Shown one piece after another: positions 18,528 through 25,921 of a DNA stretch of 26,219 bases. Below the pieces are notes generated by a model, which saw nothing but the letters and a program-made list of their open reading frames with translations, did not search any database and had not been told where the DNA came from. Every line of letters starts with the position of its first letter. Position 1 is the first letter of the stretch. The stretch is from Calditrichia bacterium (GTDB taxonomy: Bacteria; Calditrichota; Calditrichia; RBG-13-44-9). A program made the translations under genes and the position numbers. The stretch lies in the NCBI GenBank assembly GCA_037381445.1, contig JARRQT010000014.1, positions 1-26,219 on the forward strand, given 5' to 3'.

Positions 18528-19295
18528 ATGGAAAAGAATTTTAGAAAATTGATTGCAGGTTTTTATGTTTGTTTTATTCTTATGGCATTTGCCGTTCCAG
18601 CATTTCCGCAAAATGAAAATGCTCCGTTATCCAATCAGACCATCAAAACTGTCATTATGCATCGGCTGGCCCAGCACCAGCTGCTGCAAAAGAACAATAT
18701 TAAGGTCACCGTAAAAGACAGCACCATTACGCTGGAGGGAACTGTCCAATCGCTGTGGCAGAAAAAGCAGATCGCACAGAATGCCCATCAGGCGGAAGAA
18801 AGTTACGGCCTGATTAATGATCTGGAGCTTCAGGAAATAAATATATCCGGTTCCGCGCTCTCCGATAGTGTGATAAATACCATCCGGGGCCATGTATTTT
18901 ACAGCATTTTTGACTGGGTCACGGTAGATGTTACGAATGGCGTGGTTACCCTGAAGGGCTGGGCGCACGTCCCCTGGCACAGGAGCGAATTCAAGGAGCT
19001 TGCCGAAAAAGTGCCGGGCGTGACCGAGGTAAAAAACGACATTCAGCTTCTGCCAGAATCCGGTTCGGATGATCTGCTGCGAATCCGGGCGGCCCGTCTC
19101 ATATACAATGATCCTATTTTCGAACCATATACCTACAACCTAGTGCCTTCCATCCATATTATTGTAAATAATGGAGAAGTAATTCTGGAAGGAGTGGTTA
19201 ACACGCTGGGGGATAGGAAAAAGGCCGCGGATCTGATCTATTACAACACAGATGCTTCAAAAGTCGTGAACAATCTGGTGGTGAAACCTCAATAA
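18528..19295 (+). CDS. Secreted BON-domain protein, paralog 3 (three BON repeats)
   Basis: Same architecture and motifs (HVFYSIFDW, GVVTLKGW, PWH, RAARLIYNDP, SIHIIV..GEVILEGVV); signal peptide. Confidence 0.88.
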   Translation: MEKNFRKLIAGFYVCFILMAFAVPAFPQNENAPLSNQTIKTVIMHRLAQHQLLQKNNIKVTVKDSTITLEGTVQSLWQKKQIAQNAHQAEESYGLINDLELQEINISGSALSDSVINTIRGHVFYSIFDWVTVDVTNGVVTLKGWAHVPWHRSEFKELAEKVPGVTEVKNDIQLLPESGSDDLLRIRAARLIYNDPIFEPYTYNLVPSIHIIVNNGEVILEGVVNTLGDRKKAADLIYYNTDASKVVNNLVVKPQ

Positions 19296-19391
19296 AAATA
19301 AAAACCAATTTTACCAAAGAAAGGAGGAATTCTTATTCCGGCGAAAGCAATGTGAATCCAGTATAAATCATTCTATAAGGAGGAAGGTGCA

Positions 19392-20729
19392 ATGAAACGA
19401 TTTGATTTACAGAAATTAATTTTAAGTCTCCTATTGGCTGCGTGTTTTGTCTGGTTATCCAATGATGCATATGCTGTTCCGAGTTTTGCGCGACAAACCA
19501 ATCTGGCATGCAACACCTGCCATACCATTTTTCCGGAATTAAAACCGTTCGGCAGACTGTTTAAACTAAACGGCTATACACTGACCGGCATCAAAGCAAT
19601 AGAGGCCCAAAATGAGAACGAGCAAACCAATCTGAAAATTCTTTCTATTTCGCCTTTATCCGCCATGGTGCAGTCTTCTATTACCCGTCTGAACCGGACA
19701 ATTCCCGGTACCCAGAACAATGACGTGGGATTTCCCCAGCAACTGAGTTTTTTCTTTGCAGGTGAAATTTCACCACGTATCGGCACGTTCATTCAGGTTA
19801 CCTATGATGATATCGGGGCTTCATTTGGCTGGGACAATACGGACATCCGTTATGCAAACAATACCACTCTTGCTTCCCGCAATCTGATTTACGGGCTGAC
19901 CCTGAATAACAATCCTACGGTGCAGGATGTCTGGAACAGTACTCCCGCCTGGGGATTTCCATATACTTCCTCCGCCGTGGCGCCGGCTCCGGCAGCCGCC
20001 ACATTGATAGACGGAGGATTGGGCGGCGAGGTCGCTGGCCTGGGCGCTTACGGATTTTATAACAATCTGGTCTATGGTGAATTCACTGTCTATCGTTCAG
20101 CCCAGCAGGGAGGGCCCCATCCGCCGGATGCCTCGGCAAGCGGGGTGATAAGTCATGTGGCGCCGTACTGGCGGCTGGCCCTGCAGCGGCAGTGGATGAA
20201 TCAATATCTGGAAGTCGGCACCTATGGCTTGTATACCAAACTCTATCAGACGGGAATTTCCGGACTTACCAACCAATATACGGACATCGCATTTGATGCC
20301 CAATATGAATACAATATAAACAATACGTATATCACTGCTCACGCCACATACATCCATGAAAAGCAGGATCTGGATGCCCAATTTGAAGAAGCCGTAAGGG
20401 CTGAATCCTATAAACTTAACAGCTTCCGCGCAAATGCAAACATCTACTTTCTACGCAATTATGCCTTTGTCCTTGGTTATTTCGACATTTCCGGTGATAA
20501 AAACACATTGTTCTATAGCCCCGATCCCATAGACGGCAGCCGAACGGGAAAGCCAAACAGCAACGGCATTATTGCCCAGGTAGACTATCTGCCCTGGTAT
20601 AATACCCGCTTTTCACTACAGTATGTTATCTACACCAACTTTAACGGGGCCAGCAATAATTATGACGGATACGACCGAAAGGCATCGGATAACAATACGC
20701 TCTACCTGCTGGCATGGCTCAATTTTTAA
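19392..20729 (+). CDS. cyc2: Cyc2-like outer-membrane monoheme cytochrome c-porin fusion, copy A
   Basis: Signal peptide ending AYA, then VPSFARQTNLACNTCHTIFPELKPFGRLFKLNGY (Cyc2 signature: PxFARQT, CxxCH, PxL, GRxFK). Amphipathic aromatic-rich beta-strands and a C-terminal Phe. Segments FPQQLSFFFAGEI, APYWRLA, YLPWYNTRFSL and NTLYLLAW resemble Acidithiobacillus (Cluster 2) Cyc2 as recalled from memory. Confidence 0.88.
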   Translation: MKRFDLQKLILSLLLAACFVWLSNDAYAVPSFARQTNLACNTCHTIFPELKPFGRLFKLNGYTLTGIKAIEAQNENEQTNLKILSISPLSAMVQSSITRLNRTIPGTQNNDVGFPQQLSFFFAGEISPRIGTFIQVTYDDIGASFGWDNTDIRYANNTTLASRNLIYGLTLNNNPTVQDVWNSTPAWGFPYTSSAVAPAPAAATLIDGGLGGEVAGLGAYGFYNNLVYGEFTVYRSAQQGGPHPPDASASGVISHVAPYWRLALQRQWMNQYLEVGTYGLYTKLYQTGISGLTNQYTDIAFDAQYEYNINNTYITAHATYIHEKQDLDAQFEEAVRAESYKLNSFRANANIYFLRNYAFVLGYFDISGDKNTLFYSPDPIDGSRTGKPNSNGIIAQVDYLPWYNTRFSLQYVIYTNFNGASNNYDGYDRKASDNNTLYLLAWLNF

Positions 20730-20768
20730 GCAGCAGAGGTAATTACAAACTAACAGGAGGGACAAATC

Positions 20769-21257
20769 ATGAAAGCTCTATTGACAGCAGTTATTATTTT
20801 GGGATTTTTGTCATTACCGTTTTGCCAGGAAATGAGCAGCAAGACAGCATCCAAAATGGACACGGCAAAAACCGATACAAGCAAAAAATGGCACGTCGAT
20901 CCAAAAGACAAGGGAATCGGGCCGGTAAAAAATGTGAAGCTGGGGCCGATTAACACCAAACTGGCGAATGAAGGAAAAAGTTTATTCAACAGTAACTGCA
21001 GCTCCTGCCATGCAATGGATCACAAGGTCGTCGGTCCGCCGCTGGGCGAGGTAACTGAACAGAGAACACCGGAATTCATCATGAATATGATTCTGAACGC
21101 CCCGGTCATGGAACAAAAAGATTCCAAGGTGCAGGCATTGGTGCAGCAGTATCATGTCCACATGCCGCAAACCGGTCTGACGGAAAAGCAGGCCCGGGCG
21201 GTTCTGGAGTACTTCCGCGAAACCGCCAAAAAGGAAGAAAAGGGCGAGAAGCATTAA
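20769..21257 (+). CDS. Periplasmic monoheme class I cytochrome c, copy A
   Basis: Signal peptide, K/T/D-rich linker, KGIGPV, CSSCH, VGPPL, RTPEFIMNM, distal Met in HMP; RBS AGGAGG. Confidence 0.9.
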   Translation: MKALLTAVIILGFLSLPFCQEMSSKTASKMDTAKTDTSKKWHVDPKDKGIGPVKNVKLGPINTKLANEGKSLFNSNCSSCHAMDHKVVGPPLGEVTEQRTPEFIMNMILNAPVMEQKDSKVQALVQQYHVHMPQTGLTEKQARAVLEYFRETAKKEEKGEKH

Positions 21258-21329
21258 AAAGCAAGCCCTTCCATTCCTTTGCTTTTAGTGTAAGTGATAT
21301 TCGCATGCACGGATCGGAAAAAATAACCG

Positions 21330-21363
21330 GCAGGGAGAGGGCGTTCGCGCGCCCTTCCCTTGC
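21330..21363 (+). other. Strong GC-rich stem-loop between the two Cyc2 modules
   Basis: GCAGGGAGAGGGCG-ttcgcg-CGCCCTTCCCTTGC. A second hairpin, AAAAGCAA/TTGCTTTT, lies at 21257-21286. No U-tract follows on the + strand. Confidence 0.5.
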
Positions 21364-21444
21364 AGAATATGGCAGAAGGCAGTTGCCGCGTTATGCGGTG
21401 CAGCTTTTAGTATGTAAAATCCCTAAGGGAAGGAGAAAATCCAG

Positions 21445-22782
21445 ATGCGGATGAATTATATTGCACCCGGGATTATCGGAATAATAATAGTAATTATGCT
21501 GTGTGTGCTGACAGATGAGACACAGGCAGTCCCCAGTTATGCCAGGCAGACCAATCTGCCCTGTAATTCCTGCCACACCATCTTCCCCGAATTAAAAGAG
21601 TTCGGCCGGTTATTCAAACTGAACGGCTACACGCTGACCGGCATCCGGTTTATTGAATCGGAGAGCGGTCAGAAACAGGTTAACCTGAAACTGTCTTCTA
21701 TTTCACCGCTGTCAGCGATGGTGCAGTCTTCTTTCACGCATTTTGATAAAACACTGCCCCGCACTCAGAATAATGATGTCAGCTTTCCCCAGTACCTGAG
21801 CTTCTTTGTGGCCGGTGAAATCACGCCCCGGATCGGAACGTTTATCCGGGTGACCTACACAGATAAAACCGCCTCTTTTTACTGGGATAATACGGATATC
21901 CGTTTCGCGGACCATTTGAAAGTCGCCTCCAAAGACCTGATTTACGGGGTTACGCTGAATAATAATCCAACTGTGCAGGATGTCTGGAACAGCACACCAG
22001 TGTGGGGATTTCCCTATCTCTATTCTTCAATTGCCCCGGTACCTGTCAGTACGCTCATCCAGAACGGACTGGCCCGCCAGGTTGCCGGTTTGGGTGGCTA
22101 CATATTTTATGACCGCAAAATTTACGGCGAATTCACGATGTACCGATCCGCCCGGCAGGGAGGACCCCATCCGCCAGACGGCTCTTCCACAGGCATTATT
22201 AAGAACGTCTCTCCTTACTGGCGGCTGGCGCTGCAGCATCAATGGAGCGACCAATATCTGGAAATAGGGACCTACGGCCTCTACTCCCAAATCTATCCGC
22301 AGGGAATAGCAGGTTCAACAAACAAATACACCGACATTGCATTCGACGCCCAGTATGATCATGTATGGGGAAATACCTACTTGACCGCCCATACAACCTA
22401 TATTCATGAACACCAAAATCTGGAGACTTCCTATTTTGACGGAATAGTTCTCAATCGCCGGAATAACTTGAATACCTTTAAAATAGACGGCAATATTTAT
22501 TTCATGCAAAAATACGCTGCTTTTCTTGGATATTTTTTAACATCCGGCAATGAAGACAGAATTTTATATTATCCGGCACCCATTCGGGGAAGCCGAACGC
22601 GTCAGCCGGACAGTGGCGGATTTGTCGCTCAATTCGATTTTCTCCCCTGGTACAACACGAAGTTTTCGTTACAATACACCATTTATACCAAATTTAACGG
22701 CGCCAGCGAAAATTACGACGGCTACGGGAGAAATGCGTCGGGCAATAATACGCTGTATCTGCTGGCGTGGCTTAATTTTTAG
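21445..22782 (+). CDS. cyc2: Cyc2-like outer-membrane monoheme cytochrome c-porin fusion, copy B
   Basis: Signal peptide ending TQA, then VPSYARQTNLPCNSCHTIFPELKEFGRLFKLNGY. Colinear with copy A (both 445 aa; identical TLNNNPTVQDVWNSTP, PYWRLALQ, YTDIAFDAQY, NNTLYLLAWLNF). Confidence 0.88.
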   Translation: MRMNYIAPGIIGIIIVIMLCVLTDETQAVPSYARQTNLPCNSCHTIFPELKEFGRLFKLNGYTLTGIRFIESESGQKQVNLKLSSISPLSAMVQSSFTHFDKTLPRTQNNDVSFPQYLSFFVAGEITPRIGTFIRVTYTDKTASFYWDNTDIRFADHLKVASKDLIYGVTLNNNPTVQDVWNSTPVWGFPYLYSSIAPVPVSTLIQNGLARQVAGLGGYIFYDRKIYGEFTMYRSARQGGPHPPDGSSTGIIKNVSPYWRLALQHQWSDQYLEIGTYGLYSQIYPQGIAGSTNKYTDIAFDAQYDHVWGNTYLTAHTTYIHEHQNLETSYFDGIVLNRRNNLNTFKIDGNIYFMQKYAAFLGYFLTSGNEDRILYYPAPIRGSRTRQPDSGGFVAQFDFLPWYNTKFSLQYTIYTKFNGASENYDGYGRNASGNNTLYLLAWLNF

Positions 22783-22859
22783 CATAATATGTTCTGTCCG
22801 CAGGTTAGATAAAAAGGGAATGAAATGAGAAGAGACGAAACAAATCAAAGGAGAGAAAA

Positions 22860-23333
22860 ATGAATAGAATAATTGTTCTGGTAATAGTGCTTGCGTTTAC
22901 AATTATGGCTTTCGGGCAAGATACCACTAGAACCGATACAGCCAAGGTGAAGACAGCGAAAGATCCAGCGACGGCTTCACCCCATCCCGCAGATAAAGGA
23001 ATCGGACCGGTGAAATCCGTGACCTTGGGACCAATAAATAAGGAAATGGCGGAAAAAGGAAAATCTCTTTTCCAAAGCAGGTGTTCATCCTGCCATGCCA
23101 TGAATCATAAAGTTGTCGGTCCCCCGCTGGGCAATGTGGCCAACCAGCGGACTCCCGAATTTATCATGAATATGCTTCTGAACACCTCAGAAATGGAAAA
23201 CCAGGATGCGATCGTAAAGAAGCTGCTGAACGAGTATCATATTCCCATGCCGGATCTGTCGCTTACCCACGATCAGGCAAGGGAGTTACTGGAATATTTG
23301 CGGTTGGAGGCATCAAAGCAGTCCAAAAAATAA
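22860..23333 (+). CDS. Periplasmic monoheme class I cytochrome c, copy B
   Basis: Signal peptide (AFG-Q), DKGIGPVK, CSSCHAM.HKVVGPPLG, QRTPEFIMNM, distal Met in PMP; paralog of 20769-21257. Confidence 0.9.
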   Translation: MNRIIVLVIVLAFTIMAFGQDTTRTDTAKVKTAKDPATASPHPADKGIGPVKSVTLGPINKEMAEKGKSLFQSRCSSCHAMNHKVVGPPLGNVANQRTPEFIMNMLLNTSEMENQDAIVKKLLNEYHIPMPDLSLTHDQARELLEYLRLEASKQSKK

Positions 23334-23609
23334 AAAATGCACATCGGAAGATCTGCCGATTGCCATCGAGTCTGAATAATTTAAAAGCCGGAAAGTAATG
23401 AAATTTTCATAAAAGCCGGTCGTATTTTAACTAAAAAAATCATAGTAATGAGTCTGGCCCGTGAGTCGGATATTGGATTAAATAAAAAAGGCAAGACAAT
23501 CTTTCAGGCAATTTTAAAGAAGGGAGAAAAATCAGGGATCAGTTTTGGAGTATTTTAGCACTATTAAAAATGCCAGCAATCTGGCAGAATTCATGAAAGC
23601 GGGGGAAAC

Positions 23610-24155
23610 ATGAGAAATCTGAGAATTATCATTTTGAGTTTCTTTGTTTTTTCAGGATTTGCTCTTCAATTATTTGCCCAGGAATGGGAGTATCCGGTAA
23701 TCAAAAGCTACGGACCAGTTAATCCGCTTCCGCATGCGGCAGTGCAGCCGGATAAAAATCTGCAGTATAAAATTATTTTTGATATCGGCAGTGATAAACT
23801 TGATGCGGATAATAACGTTAATTTTCAGCTGTCCCATGTAGCAAGGCTTATAAATGTTTTCGCTTCCGCGGGTATGATGCCAGACCAGATGAAATTGGTT
23901 GCCGTCGTTCACAGCGCGGCAACCCCCATCGTATTGAAAAATGGGATGTTTAAATCAAAAATGAATATGGATAATCCCAACCTAAAATTGATCAGCGAGC
24001 TGAAAGACGCCGGGGTTAAACTGTATGTTTGCGGGCAATCTCTTGCCGATTTCGATTATCAGCAGGATTGGGTGAATCCAGATTTCACTGTTGCCCTTTC
24101 TTCCCAGGTGGTTATACCCACTTACGAACTGAAGGGATATGCTTATATGCCGTGA
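23610..24155 (+). CDS. Secreted DsrE/DsrF-like family protein
   Basis: Signal peptide (LFA-Q), YKIIFD, ARLIN, VAVVHSAA, L..AGVKLYVCGQS (single Cys), C-terminal GYAYMP, which is the typical DsrE-like pattern. Confidence 0.8.
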   Translation: MRNLRIIILSFFVFSGFALQLFAQEWEYPVIKSYGPVNPLPHAAVQPDKNLQYKIIFDIGSDKLDADNNVNFQLSHVARLINVFASAGMMPDQMKLVAVVHSAATPIVLKNGMFKSKMNMDNPNLKLISELKDAGVKLYVCGQSLADFDYQQDWVNPDFTVALSSQVVIPTYELKGYAYMP

Positions 24156-24245
24156 TGATTTTGTACAACTGTTTGAAGTCAGGGGGACAACTCATAAAGG
24201 GATTTAAAGATTTCGTAATTAAATCCAAATCCTGAGGAGGTCTGT

Positions 24246-24779
24246 ATGAACAATCTTAAATCACTGAAAATGTGGGCCTATATCATTTCACTGCTCGCGG
24301 CGGGTTTCATGGTGCTGTTTGTGTTGGGTAATTTTGTGATCTATTCCAATGCCCAGGCATCCGGGGAGGGACAGGGCGCGCTGCAGTTCAATCCCCCCAA
24401 TCCGGAAGATGCCCCGGCGGACATCAAAGACAATGTGATGATGGGGTATAATATCTTGATGGACACCCCTAAAACTGCTTCAGCTTATGTATCTGGTAAC
24501 AAGAGCTGCAGTAATTGTCATGTGAAGGCCGGGCTAGACGAAAACGCGCTCCCGCTGGTGGGCGTCGCGGCCGTGTTTCCAAAATATAAAAAACGGGCTA
24601 ATGCCACGGTCGATTTGATTACGCAGACCAACAACTGCATCCAGGGAGCACTAAAAGGTAAACCGCTGCCGGCAGACAGCAAGGAGATGATTGCGATTCT
24701 GACTTACTATCAATGGATCTCAAAAGGTATTCCAATTTATGAAAATGTGCCCTGGTTGGGAAAAAAGGCGGGGAATTGA
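24246..24779 (+). CDS. Monoheme c-type cytochrome resembling the N-terminal (His/Cys heme) domain of TsdA/SoxA-type proteins
   Basis: N-terminal hydrophobic segment, GY.I..DTP, Y..GN.SCSNCH..AG, FP.Y..R, NNC (candidate axial Cys), GKPLP.DS.EM.AI..Y..WIS.G.P; it stops where the second heme domain would begin; RBS GAGGAGG. Confidence 0.72.
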   Translation: MNNLKSLKMWAYIISLLAAGFMVLFVLGNFVIYSNAQASGEGQGALQFNPPNPEDAPADIKDNVMMGYNILMDTPKTASAYVSGNKSCSNCHVKAGLDENALPLVGVAAVFPKYKKRANATVDLITQTNNCIQGALKGKPLPADSKEMIAILTYYQWISKGIPIYENVPWLGKKAGN

Positions 24780-25114
24780 AGTGTTATCGTCCATTGAACC
24801 GGTTTGGGTTAGGAAACAAACAATTTGCTAAACCTGTTTCAGAAGAGGGTATTCATTTGACGGACTTTGGCATCTTTTGAAGGCAGATTATTTTGTTCAT
24901 AATGCTATGGTTCGTGTTATCACCCCGATATTACGGGTTAAAAGCTATAAAATCATATTATTTTGAGGAAATGGTGTGAAAATAAATCCCGGACAGGGGA
25001 AACAGCAGATTCATCACAATATTAGCTAAAGAAATACATAAAAGCGCCTTTCCCCTGTTCTTGTATAAATCAGACAGGAGAGTGTAAAAACTACTTTACA
25101 GGGAAAATATTTAA

Positions 25115-25921
25115 ATGGAAGGAATACTGAAGAAAACCTTTATTAAGTATCGCGAAAGTGTTTTTTTCCGGAAAGGACAGGAATTCTACAACTGGCTGAG
25201 TTTCTTTTCCAAAACACTGATAGATTTCCCTTATATCTTTAAATATCCGGGCGAAACATTTAAGCAGGTTTATGTTCTGGGAAATCAGGCATTGCCCCTG
25301 GTAATCTTCTCGACGATTTTCGTGAGCATGGCACTTTCACTGGAATGGGCCACCGAGCTGGCGCCATTCGGCGCCAAAACAGCCATGGGAAGCATCCTTA
25401 CGGTGGCGATAATTCGCGAAATCGGGCCGATTGTGGTAGGGCTTATCATGGCGGGACGAACCGGTGCCCGGGTAGCCTCGGAAATCGGCAACATGGTTCT
25501 CACCGAACAGATCGATGCATTGCGGGCTTTCGGCACAGATCCCATCAAACGTCTGATAGTACCCCGGGTTTTTGCCTCTTTGCTGGTCATGACTCCTTTA
25601 ACGATTGTTGCGGATGTAATGGGCATCATTTCCGGCTGGTTTGCCGTGGTACTGTGGCGAGGGGTAAATCCCCAATTTTTCTGGCTGGCCGCCAGGGATG
25701 TCCTGTTTGTGGGTGATCTGCTGGTAGGAGTCATCAAGCCAATTTTCTATGGTTTGCTGATCGGTATTAACAGCACTTACCTGGGGTATTCAACCCAGGG
25801 TGGCGCGGAAGAACTGGGACAGGCGACCACGAAAACCGTGGTCGCAAATTCCATCGGTATATTGATACTGGATTTTCTTTTGACCAAAATTCTCTTAGCT
25901 GTGATAGGAGTACGTCATTGA
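25115..25921 (+). CDS. mlaE: MlaE-family ABC transporter permease
   Basis: IREIGP, AGRTGA.VASEIG.M..TEQIDAL...GTDP...L..PR, GGAEELG.ATT..VV motifs. Confidence 0.92.
   Translation: MEGILKKTFIKYRESVFFRKGQEFYNWLSFFSKTLIDFPYIFKYPGETFKQVYVLGNQALPLVIFSTIFVSMALSLEWATELAPFGAKTAMGSILTVAIIREIGPIVVGLIMAGRTGARVASEIGNMVLTEQIDALRAFGTDPIKRLIVPRVFASLLVMTPLTIVADVMGIISGWFAVVLWRGVNPQFFWLAARDVLFVGDLLVGVIKPIFYGLLIGINSTYLGYSTQGGAEELGQATTKTVVANSIGILILDFLLTKILLAVIGVRH

Noticed and set aside
19392..22782. Alternative call as MtrB/MtoB porin with multiheme partner, or TonB-dependent receptor
   Set aside because: Each protein has exactly one N-terminal CxxCH in the Cyc2 signature context, is only 445 aa, and no multiheme cytochrome or plug domain is present.
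24781..24900. Possible decayed second heme domain of TsdA (reads ...TIC*TCF...GLW in another frame)
   Set aside because: There is no His after the CxxC, it contains an internal stop, and the similarity is too weak to distinguish from chance without an alignment.
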